Shown here piece by piece: positions 1 to 10,193 of a DNA stretch of 64,000 nucleotides (positions are counted from its first letter, which is position 1; every line of letters begins with the position of its first letter). The notes under the pieces are model-generated. The model saw nothing but the letters and a program-made list of their open reading frames with translations. It searched no databases and was not told the origin of the DNA. This DNA is from Candidatus Woesearchaeota archaeon (lineage in GTDB: Archaea; Nanobdellota; Nanobdellia; Woesearchaeales; DSVV01): assembly GCA_016192995.1 (NCBI GenBank), contig JACPTB010000001.1, positions 65,110 through 129,109 on the forward strand, written 5' to 3'. The position numbers and the translations under genes are program-made.

Positions 1-186
1 AGAATCATGCTCCTTGTTTTAGACAAATTCCTTTGGTTAGGATTTGGTATTATGGCAGTAGGGTTGTTTATGATAGTTACTGGCGCTCAAGACCTTTATA
101 GAGGAATTTCATTTATGGTTGCAGGAGCAGTATTATTAGTGATATTCATGCTGTTAATTGTTAAAGAATATGAAATTGTTAAGTAA
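1..186 (+). CDS. 3' part of a small two-TM membrane protein (truncated by window edge)
   Basis: Open frame from base 1 to TAA at 184-186: RIMLLVLDKFLWLGFGIMAVG...LIVKEYEIVK, two hydrophobic stretches. Confidence 0.7.
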   Translation, partial: RIMLLVLDKFLWLGFGIMAVGLFMIVTGAQDLYRGISFMVAGAVLLVIFMLLIVKEYEIVK

Positions 187-225
187 TAAGATAATATTTA
201 TATAATCACTTGTATTTATTTATTT

Positions 226-1032
226 ATGCTTAACCATTTTGGATGGAAAAAGACATTATTAATAACCATACTTATTGCAGCTATTCTTGTTATTGCAAGC
301 TGTTCTAAAGTAGAATGCAGAAAAGACACACAATGCGTTCAAAAAGCATGCCAAACTGCAGTATGTTCAAATAATGTTTGTAAATACACTCCTGTCCCTA
401 ACTGCTGTGGCAATTTGCAATGCGAAGCAGGAGAAACACGTTGTTCTTGTGAAGTAGATTGCAAACCAGCTTGTAAAGGAGATGTTATTCTCGAACAAAT
501 GCAATCAAAGAACAAAACATCTGAATATTTGCAATATGCTTGCAATGAAAAAACTCAAAATTGTGAAGTGCAGGTAAAAAAAGAAAAAGTAAAACCTATT
601 ACGTTGATCAATTCATGGCAGCAGCCAAATCTCCGTTTAGATATGGAATTAAAATACAAACAACCGTTTGATGTGGCAAAAGATGAAGTTCAGGTTAAAA
701 TATCACTGCAAGATGCTGATGCTAAAGTGAAATTACCTTTAGTGATATCTAAAGTGCAAATTATTTCAGGCCAAGAGTTGTTAGGAAGTAAAAATCTCAA
801 TGAAAAACTCAATAGTATTGGCGCTTCTACCATGGTTTCTATTCCTATTATAGCTCAGCTTAATACTTGGGAAGAGAAGCGTGCCATTAAAGTAAAAGTA
901 GATTATGATGCTCTTGTTTTTAAAACTGAAGAAATTATTGAACAATCTCGAAATAATGTTGAAAAACAATTCTCTGGTCAAATAATATTTGTTAAAACAG
1001 GAGAAGATGAATCTGAATCGAGCAGTAAATAA
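226..1032 (+). CDS. Cys-rich secreted/lipoprotein, unknown function
   Basis: Hydrophobic N-terminus ending in IASC, Cys-rich block (CCGNLQCEAGETRCSCEVDC), TATA-like tttatata upstream. Confidence 0.75.
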   Translation: MLNHFGWKKTLLITILIAAILVIASCSKVECRKDTQCVQKACQTAVCSNNVCKYTPVPNCCGNLQCEAGETRCSCEVDCKPACKGDVILEQMQSKNKTSEYLQYACNEKTQNCEVQVKKEKVKPITLINSWQQPNLRLDMELKYKQPFDVAKDEVQVKISLQDADAKVKLPLVISKVQIISGQELLGSKNLNEKLNSIGASTMVSIPIIAQLNTWEEKRAIKVKVDYDALVFKTEEIIEQSRNNVEKQFSGQIIFVKTGEDESESSSK

Positions 1033-1044
1033 TGTAAATAAACT

Positions 1045-1617
1045 ATGGTAAAAAATATCGGAATTAAGCAAAAAAGAGCTGTTGAATTGTCAGTGAATTT
1101 CATTGTTATGTTGATATTAGGTTTAGCGATCTTCTCGGTGGGGATGTACATTGCAACACAAGTTTTCTTCAAAGCTCGTGACCAGGCAAAAATATTAGAT
1201 GATGATATTAAATACGCGATAGAAAATGATTTGCGCGATAGTTCTGAAGAAGTGACGATTGGTTTGATCAGGAGATCAGTTGAACGGGCAGGCAATGATG
1301 TTTTTGGTGTTGGGATTGCAAATCGTGATGAAGCAGAGACTACTTACAAGATTGATGTTTCTTTTGCAGTTTATGAGAAAGAGGAAGGCAGCGGGAGCAA
1401 TGATCAAACATATAACAGAATTATTTTCCCTACTAAAAATTCAGCAGAATTAAATCAAATAACTATAAAACCACATGAAATTAAGATTATGAATCTGCCG
1501 TTTACCGTTCCTAAAGATACTCCTTCAGGGAGTTATGTATATAATGTAAGAGTTCTTAAAAAACTCGATACTACGCAGGTAGGAAAATTGCAGAAGATAT
1601 ATATAGATGTAAATTGA
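1045..1617 (+). CDS. Pilin-like protein with class III signal peptide
   Basis: QKRA|VELSVNFIVMLILGLAIF: basic residues, A at -1, then hydrophobic helix; beta-rich C-terminus. Confidence 0.65.
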   Translation: MVKNIGIKQKRAVELSVNFIVMLILGLAIFSVGMYIATQVFFKARDQAKILDDDIKYAIENDLRDSSEEVTIGLIRRSVERAGNDVFGVGIANRDEAETTYKIDVSFAVYEKEEGSGSNDQTYNRIIFPTKNSAELNQITIKPHEIKIMNLPFTVPKDTPSGSYVYNVRVLKKLDTTQVGKLQKIYIDVN

Positions 1618-1663
1618 TGAAATTGTAACTCTATTATTATGTTAGCAAAAAGAGGTCCATACA

Positions 1664-4081
1664 TTGTATAAAAATATGAATCTAGGGTTTATTTTTTTAG
1701 TTGTAATTAGTTTATTTGTTGTTAGTATATCAAATTTACCTCTGTCAGTGAATTCTTTTGAAGGAACAGGTTTAGTTATAGGTATGTCTTGCAAGGCAAA
1801 TGCAGATTGTAGAAATGTTAATGAAGTGTGTTATAGTAATATGTGTATTAATAGAGCGTGGATTACAAAGTTAGATAAAATGTCTGCTGAGAAAAAACAG
1901 AAAATACTGGAACAGTTTAAAGCAAAATATGAAAAATCTCAAACACAGCCTGCTTCTAATTCTCAACCAACACCAGTTCAAGAGCAATCAGTTGAGAAGG
2001 AAAAAGAATCAGGTAAAATCTCATCATTATGTGGTAATGGTATTGTAGAACAAGATGAAGTATGTGACGATGGTAATGATGATGATACTGATCAATGCAG
2101 ATTTAATTGTTCTTTATTTATCAAATCTACAGTATCACCTTATGTTATGTGTACTAAAGATGTTATTTTGAAAGTTTTTGATGCAAATAAAATTCCTTTA
2201 AATAAAGCAATTGTTTCTATTTATAATTATGAAAATACAATGTCTGCTACATCAGGTTCACAACCAATTCATTTTCCTTGGGATCAATATCCAGAAACTC
2301 TGTTAATGGTGAAAGGAAAAACTAGTGAATCTGGCGAGTTTAAGATCGAAAATGAATGGTTAACTAACACAAAAATGTATGCTTTTGTTGTTGAAAAGAA
2401 GGGATTTCTTCCATCATTTGTTGATGAAAAACAATGTTTTACCAATTATAAATATGACTTTTTTCTTCAAACTCCTCCAAGTCAGTTTTTAACTATTGAT
2501 CAGAAACAAAATGTACTTCCAGTAACTGTGATGATTACTAACACACACATTTCTAACTTAGAGGTAAGTGGTAGAGAAATAATGTTTCCTTATATTCCCT
2601 CAGTTCGAGAAGATCTTTCTAATAATTTACAAAGCGTTGATATAACTTTAAATATTTTTCAAGTGAAAACGACATTGTATCCCAATCAGAAAGAAACTAT
2701 GTTTTTACAGAAGAAAAGTAGTAATGTTAAGTTAAATCAACTTAATGTCTTTATGTATACTCTTCCCGAAGGAATCTATTATTCGTTTTTTAGTTTCAAA
2801 TTAAACTATAAGGATGGTAGTAAAAAAGAATTTAATTATTATCCAAATCATGCAACATGGGGAACTATTATTGAAAAACCATCATTTGTAGATCAGAAGC
2901 TTCTAACTCAAAGTATAGAATATATAAGCTCAGTTAGAGTTTATCCTCAACAGAATGAAGAAAAGTTTGTAAGTCTTATGGGAGAGAATACTGGGGGCAA
3001 TACAAAATTAAATATTGTTTTTTTAAATGTAGGTTTTGATAAAGAACTATTTAAATCTATAGTTAATCATTTGATCTATTCTAATAAAGGATTTACCAAC
3101 GTAGAACCATATATGTCCAATAAAGATAAGCTAAACTTTTGGTATTATCCGGATATACTCTCTTATGATGAAGCATCATGGCCAGTTAGTGAAAATACTA
3201 AAATAATCGCTCAGCTTGTGCCACTTACGAAAACCCAGAAAATATATCTCAGTCATGATATTAAAGGTAAAACTTTCTTCATTGCATTAGTTAATGATGA
3301 TCAAATTATTAGTGATACAATAGCTGGAGCTGGAAAGTGTAAATTTGAGAAAGGAACTCAAGTTGCTATAAATAAAAATATGTTACTACAATGCTTAAGT
3401 GGAAAAGATATGTCACAATGCTTTGATCAATTTGATTTGGCTAGAGTTTTTAATCATGAGATGGGTCATGAGATAGGAATCTTAGGAGAAGAGTATGTAG
3501 ACAATAATAAACTATTTGACATCAATTCTTTTGTTAGTAACCAAAAATATCTTTATAATAATTATAAGTCAAATACCTTTTTTATCGAAGGTTTGGATCC
3601 AACAGAATATTGTTTTACTTCACTATTTACAGGTGGAAAAATTCCTTATAACTATATTGGAAATGAAGTGATATGTTCATCTCAATTTAAAGTTCTTAAT
3701 TGTACTCAAAGCCAATGGGGTGATCTTATAGGTAATGGTTGTGGATCAGATGGATTAGTTGATTGTGGAAAAGATGATCCTAATTATTATTGGGAAGTCG
3801 GATGTTACTCAGGTGGTGGGATGTCTGGGGGGAAAAATACAGGGTCAAATCTTCTCAAGCCAACACGCTTTTCTATAATGCATTTAGGAGGAAAGTTTAA
3901 TTATGCACTTGAAAAGAGTCCTACTTCAAGGGTTTATGGTGTTGCAAATGAACGCTCTATCTGCCGCGCAATAAAAACATATACTGGTTCAGCAGGTGGA
4001 GTCTGCAATGAACTATGTATAGATGGCTGTAAACAAGGTGAACGTTGTATACAGGGAACATGTCAAGCTGTTAAAACTTAA
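1664..4081 (+). CDS. Secreted Cys-rich zinc metallopeptidase (M64-like), with myxococcal Cys-rich repeat
   Basis: Signal peptide; CGNGIVEQDEVCDDGN repeat; EPY...LNFW and HEMGHEIGILGEEY zincin motif; SIM motif; start may be ATG at 1676. Confidence 0.65.
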   Translation: MYKNMNLGFIFLVVISLFVVSISNLPLSVNSFEGTGLVIGMSCKANADCRNVNEVCYSNMCINRAWITKLDKMSAEKKQKILEQFKAKYEKSQTQPASNSQPTPVQEQSVEKEKESGKISSLCGNGIVEQDEVCDDGNDDDTDQCRFNCSLFIKSTVSPYVMCTKDVILKVFDANKIPLNKAIVSIYNYENTMSATSGSQPIHFPWDQYPETLLMVKGKTSESGEFKIENEWLTNTKMYAFVVEKKGFLPSFVDEKQCFTNYKYDFFLQTPPSQFLTIDQKQNVLPVTVMITNTHISNLEVSGREIMFPYIPSVREDLSNNLQSVDITLNIFQVKTTLYPNQKETMFLQKKSSNVKLNQLNVFMYTLPEGIYYSFFSFKLNYKDGSKKEFNYYPNHATWGTIIEKPSFVDQKLLTQSIEYISSVRVYPQQNEEKFVSLMGENTGGNTKLNIVFLNVGFDKELFKSIVNHLIYSNKGFTNVEPYMSNKDKLNFWYYPDILSYDEASWPVSENTKIIAQLVPLTKTQKIYLSHDIKGKTFFIALVNDDQIISDTIAGAGKCKFEKGTQVAINKNMLLQCLSGKDMSQCFDQFDLARVFNHEMGHEIGILGEEYVDNNKLFDINSFVSNQKYLYNNYKSNTFFIEGLDPTEYCFTSLFTGGKIPYNYIGNEVICSSQFKVLNCTQSQWGDLIGNGCGSDGLVDCGKDDPNYYWEVGCYSGGGMSGGKNTGSNLLKPTRFSIMHLGGKFNYALEKSPTSRVYGVANERSICRAIKTYTGSAGGVCNELCIDGCKQGERCIQGTCQAVKT

Positions 4082-4112
4082 ATTTATTGGAGGTATAATC
4101 TAATAAAATTCA

Positions 4113-4880
4113 TTAGCAATTCCTTATCATACTAATAAACGAATCAACTTCCAATGATGCATTCCCTGGAAGAACACCGTCAACATCTTGAAGAATAAGA
4201 ATTTCTCGAATATTGTCTGGTTTGACGCTGCCGCCGTAAATAATATACATTTGTTCAACAACACGTTGATGATATAACTGAAGCAAGCTGGCTCGTATAA
4301 ATGCATGCATTTCTTCTATTTCAAGCAATCCTGCTGGTTGTTTTTTTTGATCGCCTTTGCTAATCGCCCACAAAGGTTCATACGCAATCACGATATTCTT
4401 TGCTTGTTTCTGATCAACATTTTTCAAACATTGTTTTAGTTGTCGAAGCACAAAATCTTTGTACTCATCTTCTTTTCGTTGTTTTACGTCTTCTCCAATG
4501 CATAAAACAGGAGTAAATCCCTGTTGTAATGCGGTAAGAAGTTTTTTATTGACCATTTCATTAGTTTCTCCAAGTTCACGTCTTTCAGAATGACCAATAA
4601 GAACATATTTTACCTTAAATTCTTTTAACATTAAGGGGGAGACTTCACCAGTAAACGCGCCTTTAGCTTCATAAAAAATATCTTGAGCGCCAAGTTCAAG
4701 AATATCACGCTTTAATACGTTGTTTACTTCGCTTAATGCAGTAAATGAAGGGCATATAACAAGATTAAAATATTCAATATGCTTGATCTTCTTCTGAAAT
4801 TCTTTGACAAATGCAACTGATTCAGCAGCAGTTTTATTCATTTTCCAATTACCAATAATCAAGGGATCTTTGGTTGACAT
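4113..4880 (-). CDS. tpiA: Triosephosphate isomerase (bacterial-type)
   Basis: GNWKMN, GAFTGEVS, GHSERR, AYEPLWAI, YGGSV motifs; start moved to MSTKD. Confidence 0.95.
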   Translation of the reverse strand: MSTKDPLIIGNWKMNKTAAESVAFVKEFQKKIKHIEYFNLVICPSFTALSEVNNVLKRDILELGAQDIFYEAKGAFTGEVSPLMLKEFKVKYVLIGHSERRELGETNEMVNKKLLTALQQGFTPVLCIGEDVKQRKEDEYKDFVLRQLKQCLKNVDQKQAKNIVIAYEPLWAISKGDQKKQPAGLLEIEEMHAFIRASLLQLYHQRVVEQMYIIYGGSVKPDNIREILILQDVDGVLPGNASLEVDSFISMIRNC

Positions 4881-4924
4881 ACCTATTTCAAAGCATATGT
4901 TCTTTTTAAGCTTTTTGGATGAAA

Positions 4925-5111
4925 GGCACAATCCAATTTGTAAGTGATATTGCGAAAAGTGCCACCATCTTTTTTGCGAGGCTCTTCTTATCTTTCATCG
5001 AGTGTTATCCGAGGTTCCAGAGAGGATAGCACAATCGATAACTGCATCTTAAGCCGAGCCGATGGTTGCCGAAAGCATTTTCGCAATATCACTCGTTTTT
5101 TGGATTGTGCC
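4925..5111 (+). mobile_element. Palindromic MITE-like element, subtype E
   Basis: Terminal IR ggcacaatccaa/ttggattgtgcc, inner IR agtgatattgcgaaaa/ttttcgcaatatcact, core gaggct-N18-hairpin-aat-N15-aagccga; flanks ggatgaaa/gaatgaaa (8 bp, 1 mismatch). Confidence 0.8.
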
Positions 5112-5841
5112 GAATGAAACCGATTATGTTTTTACCTTTTTCATCGAGAAATCCTAAGAAATCTTCAGGTAACGGCGCAGTAAATGCATATTTTTCATTC
5201 CCAAAAGTAAATGAGACTTTAAAACTATGAAGCAGCATCCGCGGTGATTTAATTCTGGTTAAATGTTCTGGCAGTAACTGATGTTCATGGGTTGTATAAT
5301 ACTTAAACACGCGGTCAGCAATGTAAATCTTATCTCCAACAATAGGATGTTTAATTGAAGCAAGATGCACCCTAATCTGATGTTGTCTTCCAGTTAAGGG
5401 TTTACAGAGAACAAGTGTATATTTTTTCCCCTCTTTAATGAACGTATGCAAAGGTGTTATTCCAGTAATACTTTCTTTTCCTTGAGGACTTATCTTAACC
5501 TTCCACTTAATATGGGTGCCTCGTTTTTCAGCAAGCGGTTGATTAATAGTTATCGGTTTAGTAAGTACGCCAAATACAATGGCAAGATATTCCTTGTTAA
5601 AACCTCGTTCAGACATTTTATGGTAGAGTACTTTTGCTGTTTGCGTTAATTTTGCACATACTATTATTCCAGAAGTATCAAAATCAAGCCTATTAATAAG
5701 ATGAATTTGTTGATAATGTCCTTGTTGTTTAAGAACATCGAGCAAAGAATTATCCTCATATACACCTCCTGGATGGCTTGCTATTTGTGGAGGTTTATTA
5801 ACAATAAGAAGATGTTCATCTTCGTAGATAATGGGTATCAT
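5089..5841 (-). CDS. RluA-family pseudouridine synthase
   Basis: VNKP, NRLDFDTSG, TGRQHQIRVH, PIVGDKIY, LHS motifs; last codons lie inside element E. Confidence 0.92.
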   Translation of the reverse strand: MIPIIYEDEHLLIVNKPPQIASHPGGVYEDNSLLDVLKQQGHYQQIHLINRLDFDTSGIIVCAKLTQTAKVLYHKMSERGFNKEYLAIVFGVLTKPITINQPLAEKRGTHIKWKVKISPQGKESITGITPLHTFIKEGKKYTLVLCKPLTGRQHQIRVHLASIKHPIVGDKIYIADRVFKYYTTHEHQLLPEHLTRIKSPRMLLHSFKVSFTFGNEKYAFTAPLPEDFLGFLDEKGKNIIGFIRHNPKNE

Positions 5842-5887
5842 ATGATGGAAGAATAAGCATACGATTAAAAAAGGTTATGAGAAAAAA

Positions 5888-6053
5888 GGCTTCATCCAAA
5901 AATAAGGTTAGCACCCTCAGGTCGAAACTCTTTGAAATATTCATGAAAAGAGGTCGGAGGGTAGGCTCCTTCGGAGCACGACCGTTTAAGCGAAGATAAT
6001 AAGCGAAGTTTCGAAGGTGCTAACCTGGCGGCAGCCATTTTTTGGATGAAGCC
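5888..6053 (+). mobile_element. Palindromic MITE-like element, subtype B copy 1
   Basis: IR ggcttcatccaaaaa/tttttggatgaagcc; perfect 9-bp TSD gagaaaaaa; homologous to 25202 and 55661. Confidence 0.9.
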
Positions 6054-6102
6054 GAGAAAAAATACAAAACATTATATATCTCTATTTTCTCAACACTATG
6101 TT

Positions 6103-6456
6103 ATGGAATTAAAACAAGTTATCTTAGTACGTGAGGATCTTAAATTACCTAAAGGCAAATTAGCTGCGCAAGTTGCTCATGCTGCAGTAGATGCGGCATT
6201 GAAATTGCAGAAAAAAGATGAATCCTTATTAAAGAGATGGTATAATTCAGGGATGAAAAAGATTGTTCTTAAAGTAACAGATGAAAAAGAGTTGTATAAA
6301 TATATTCAAATAGCTAAAGATCAAGGTATCATTACTTCTATTATTACAGACGCAGGGCATACGGTTGTTAAACCAGGTACTGTTACTTGTGGAGCCATTG
6401 GGCCAGCTGAGGAAGAGCAAATAGATGCGATTACGAGTAAATTGAAGATGATGTAG
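6103..6456 (+). CDS. pth2: Peptidyl-tRNA hydrolase Pth2
   Basis: KQVILVREDLKLPKGKLAAQVAHA, DAGHT, IGP motifs; start moved to MELKQV. Confidence 0.95.
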   Translation: MELKQVILVREDLKLPKGKLAAQVAHAAVDAALKLQKKDESLLKRWYNSGMKKIVLKVTDEKELYKYIQIAKDQGIITSIITDAGHTVVKPGTVTCGAIGPAEEEQIDAITSKLKMM

Positions 6457-6589
6457 TTTAGTCACCATTGCGTAATACTAACGAAAGTTTAAATAGTAGT
6501 ACTTCCAAAAATAAAATTTGTGGGGTATGGGGAATAAGTATCACACAAAGACTTTAGTTTAGAAAACATATTCCTTAAGGGAAAGAGGG

Positions 6590-7267
6590 GTGATTTTTTT
6601 GACACTAGAACAATTAGGTGCTTCAATAGCACAGCCATTACAAGAGGTATTAAGTAATTTCTTACAATTTGTGCCTGGATTGATAGGGGCATTTGTAGTT
6701 TTAGTTGTAGGATATCTTGTAGGATGGGTAGTTTATTTTGTTTTGAATCGATTTTTTACCGCAGTGAAGCTTGATGAGATGCTCATTAAGAAAACAAATC
6801 TTTCAAAACGCGTTGGTGACTTAAAATTTGGTCATATTCTTGCAGTTGTTTCGAAATGGTATGTATTTATCCTTTTCTTGACACCAGCAGCAAGTCTTAT
6901 TAATCTTGAGACAATGTCTGAATTTTTAATTATGGTATCATTTTGGATTCCAAATTTAATCGCAGGTGTATTAATTGCGTTGATTGGTTTAGTAGCAGGT
7001 GATTACACCTATTCAAGAATTGTGGAAACAAGAGCAAAAGATGCTGAACTTGTTGCAAAAATTGCACAATGGGTAATCATAATATTTGTCTTCCTCATTG
7101 CGCTTGAGCAAGTTGGTTTAAGCATTTCAGTTGCAAGAAACACCTTCCTTGTTGTGCTCGCAGGATTAATGTTAGGTGTTGGTATTGCAGTTGGTATCTC
7201 ATTCGGAGATGCAATGAAAGAACCAGCAGGAACCTTTATGCGCAAGCACTTTAAAGGAAGAAGATAA
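6590..7267 (+). CDS. Membrane protein with conserved TM-helix repeats (MscS/CmpX-like)
   Basis: Repeated FVPGLIGA / WIPNLIAG helices, IALEQVG. Confidence 0.75.
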   Translation: MIFLTLEQLGASIAQPLQEVLSNFLQFVPGLIGAFVVLVVGYLVGWVVYFVLNRFFTAVKLDEMLIKKTNLSKRVGDLKFGHILAVVSKWYVFILFLTPAASLINLETMSEFLIMVSFWIPNLIAGVLIALIGLVAGDYTYSRIVETRAKDAELVAKIAQWVIIIFVFLIALEQVGLSISVARNTFLVVLAGLMLGVGIAVGISFGDAMKEPAGTFMRKHFKGRR

Positions 7268-7348
7268 ACGAAATTATTTTTTCTTTTTGATTTTTTCAAT
7301 TTTGTTCTCCAAAACATTTATAAATCATCAGTAAATTCATGAAGTAAT

Positions 7349-8035
7349 ATGGCTAAAGCAACTAAAACACAAACACGTGTAGCAAATTGGAAGAAGAAGA
7401 AGTTAATTCCTATTTATACCGATAACACTTTTAATAATTTCTTGCTTGGAGAAACTATGGTTGAAACTCCTCAGGCATTAGTGGGAAGATGCATTTCTAC
7501 AAATTTGATGTTATTAACTGGTGATATGAAGAAACAAAACGTTAACCTTAAATTCAAAGTTACGCGCGCTGAAAACAACAGAGCAATTGCTGAGCCTCTT
7601 GGTTATTATACTTCTTTTGCTTCAATAAAGCGTATGGTAAGGCGCGGCCGTGATAGAATAGATCTTTCATTCGTGGGTAAAACTGCAGATCATAAATCTG
7701 TTCGTATAAAACCAATACTGATTACAAAATCATCAACAACAAGGGCAGTATTAACCTCATTACGGAAAAACTGCTTAGTATTAGTCACTAATTTTCTTAA
7801 AGAAACAAAATATGCTGATACGTTTGTTCATGTTATGAGCAATCGCCTTCAAAAATATTTAAATGATAGCCTTAAACGAATTTACCCTCTGCGAACTGTT
7901 GAAATTCGTGTTCTTGAGTTAGAAAAAGTAAAAGGCGCAGCAAAAGTTTCTGAAGCAATTAAAGAAATTCAGCCAGAACAGCCTTTAGAAGAAGCTGCAG
8001 AAGTAACGCAGCCAGAAGAAGCAGTTTCAGAATAG
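7349..8035 (+). CDS. rps3ae: Ribosomal protein eS1 (S3Ae)
   Basis: WKKKK, KRMVRRGRDRID, IYPLRTVEIR motifs. Confidence 0.93.
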   Translation: MAKATKTQTRVANWKKKKLIPIYTDNTFNNFLLGETMVETPQALVGRCISTNLMLLTGDMKKQNVNLKFKVTRAENNRAIAEPLGYYTSFASIKRMVRRGRDRIDLSFVGKTADHKSVRIKPILITKSSTTRAVLTSLRKNCLVLVTNFLKETKYADTFVHVMSNRLQKYLNDSLKRIYPLRTVEIRVLELEKVKGAAKVSEAIKEIQPEQPLEEAAEVTQPEEAVSE

Positions 8036-8083
8036 ATCAAGGCAACAATAAGGTATATAAATCTCATTACTATTTTTAGAAAT

Positions 8084-8674
8084 ATGAAACTCATCATGCA
8101 TGGTGCGGAAGCTAAGATTTATAGAGATAAAAATAAAATAATTAAGATCAGAGCTGAGAAAAAATACCGTTGCAGGGAATTAGATGAATCATTGCGTAAA
8201 CATCGCACAAGAAAAGAAGTGAAAATATTAGAAAAGATCGCAAAACTGAAGCTTGCTCCGAAATGTATATCATATAACGATGTTGATACTGTTGAAATGG
8301 AATTTGTTGAAGGAAAAAAACTCTCAGAACATCTTGAAAGACTCAAGTATAAACAGGTTTGTTTTATCCTTGGTCAAAAAATACGGCAGCTTCATGATCT
8401 TGAAATTATACATGGTGATTTAACAACAAGCAATTTAATATATGATGATCAAGAACATAAACTTTATTGCATTGATTTTGGTCTAAGCTATACTTCTACA
8501 AAGGACGAAGATAAAGCAGTTGATTTGCATGTATTGCATGAAGCACTGGTCAGTAAGCATTATAGCATTGCTGATAGGGCATTTAAAGAAGTCTTACAAG
8601 GGTATGATTCTAAAAAGGTTGAAAAAAAGTTAGTGTTAGTAGAATTACGAGGACGAAATAAACAGAAATCATAG
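8084..8674 (+). CDS. bud32: KEOPS kinase Bud32
   Basis: GAEA, IIHGDLTTSN, IDFGL, EDKAVDLHVL, RGR. Confidence 0.95.
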   Translation: MKLIMHGAEAKIYRDKNKIIKIRAEKKYRCRELDESLRKHRTRKEVKILEKIAKLKLAPKCISYNDVDTVEMEFVEGKKLSEHLERLKYKQVCFILGQKIRQLHDLEIIHGDLTTSNLIYDDQEHKLYCIDFGLSYTSTKDEDKAVDLHVLHEALVSKHYSIADRAFKEVLQGYDSKKVEKKLVLVELRGRNKQKS

Positions 8675-8826
8675 GTATGTAATAAGTCTTCTTCGGTTGT
8701 AGCGCCGGTTCAGCTTTTGAAGTGTATATCAATTGGATTTTTCTCTCTGGCACTCCGAAAAATCCTCGATAGTTACTAAGAAGAGCTTCACAAAATAGGC
8801 GCTAAAACCCCAGACTTATTACGTAC
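8675..8826 (-). mobile_element. Palindromic MITE-like element, subtype A copy 1
   Basis: IR gtatgtaataagtc/gacttattacgtac; flanks aatcatag/gatcatag (8 bp, 1 mismatch); starts immediately after the bud32 stop. Confidence 0.9.
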
Positions 8827-8835
8827 GATCATAGC

Positions 8836-8997
8836 GGCTTCGGTGAAAATGTAGTTTTTGGTGCCATGCTGGTGATTATCTTTCAAATTAATGAACGAGA
8901 AAAAAGGAAATTCCAATAGGAATTTTTTCCTTCTTATAAATAAGCGGGATAATCACGGCACCAAAACCGAGGCTATGCCGAGATTTTCACCGAAGCC
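8836..8997 (+). mobile_element. Palindromic MITE-like element, subtype C copy 1
   Basis: IR ggcttcggtgaaaat/attttcaccgaagcc; perfect 9-bp TSD gatcatagc. Confidence 0.9.
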
Positions 8998-9052
8998 GAT
9001 CATAGCATTAACTATATAAACCACCTTATTAATATCTACAGATAGGTAGGGG

Positions 9053-10156
9053 TTGTATATGAGTTTAGCACAAGATAAGAATTACATGCAACAAGCACTA
9101 GAACTTGCTCTTCGAGGCAATACGCTTCCTAATCCTTTTGTTGGCTGTGTTATTGTCAAGAATAATAAAGTCATTGCAACAGGTTATCATCGAAAGCCTG
9201 GTGAAGATCATGCTGAAATTAATGCACTATCTAAAATTAGCCTAAAAAAGGCAAAAGGTTCTACTATTTATTTGACGCTTGAACCATGCTGTCATTACGG
9301 CAAAACACCACCCTGCATTGACAACATACTTGCAGCAAAACCAAAACGTGTAGTTATTGGTATGAAAGATCCATTTCTCTTAGTTAATGGAAAAAGCATT
9401 GCTAAAATTAAAAAAGCTGGCATTGCCGTGAGTGTCGGTGTTTTAGAACATGAAATTAAAAAAGTAAACCGGGAATACATAAAATATATTACCAAAAAAG
9501 AGCCGTATGTATATTTAAAATCTGCGATTACAAAGGATGGAAAAATTACTTGGGCAGATGGTAAAAATAAACAAATTTCTGGAGAAGACGCGCGTATTTT
9601 TGTTCATAAGTTAAGAAACAGAGTTAATGCAATTCTCGTGGGAATTAATACAATACTTCATGATAATCCACGTTTAACAACCCGGCTTCCTGAAGCTGAG
9701 AAACATAAACGTATCAAACAGCGAGGAATGGATCCATTAAGGATTGTCCTCGACAGCACCCTGCGTATTCCTCTTAATGCAAGAGTTCTTAATAATAATC
9801 AAGTTATTATTGTCACGACAAGGAAAGGTTATGAAACAAGAAAAGCGCGATTGCTTGAAAAAAAAATCAAACGTTTTATCGTTTTCAAAGACCACATTAA
9901 CTTAAGAGTTTTGATGAAGATACTCGCAAAAGAAGAGCAAGTTGCAAGCATCTTGCTTGAAGGAGGAATGATTCTTAATACTTCAGCGATTAATAGCAAA
10001 ATAGTTGATAAATTAGTTCTGATTATTGGGGACTTTAAAGTAGGTAATGGTATGACCTTATTTAAAAAACAAGTCAAAAAATTTAAGTTGACTGATATCA
10101 AATCAAACCTTGCAGGCAATGACCTCATTGTAGTAGGTAAAGTTAAGTATATTTGA
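9053..10156 (+). CDS. ribD: Bifunctional riboflavin deaminase/reductase RibD
   Basis: PNPFVGCVIV, HAE, LEPCCHYGKTPPC, DNPRLT, LEGG. Confidence 0.95.
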   Translation: MYMSLAQDKNYMQQALELALRGNTLPNPFVGCVIVKNNKVIATGYHRKPGEDHAEINALSKISLKKAKGSTIYLTLEPCCHYGKTPPCIDNILAAKPKRVVIGMKDPFLLVNGKSIAKIKKAGIAVSVGVLEHEIKKVNREYIKYITKKEPYVYLKSAITKDGKITWADGKNKQISGEDARIFVHKLRNRVNAILVGINTILHDNPRLTTRLPEAEKHKRIKQRGMDPLRIVLDSTLRIPLNARVLNNNQVIIVTTRKGYETRKARLLEKKIKRFIVFKDHINLRVLMKILAKEEQVASILLEGGMILNTSAINSKIVDKLVLIIGDFKVGNGMTLFKKQVKKFKLTDIKSNLAGNDLIVVGKVKYI

Positions 10157-10193
10157 TTACAGGGCAAACTCGAACTAAATAACAGGTGAAAAT

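Noticed and set aside
5965-5978. cUUCGg RNA tetraloop in subtype B and in the D module
   Set aside because: The stems pair in register with a 3-nt loop (gctcc-ttc-ggagc), which is a GAA triloop on the other strand, so this is not evidence for RNA.
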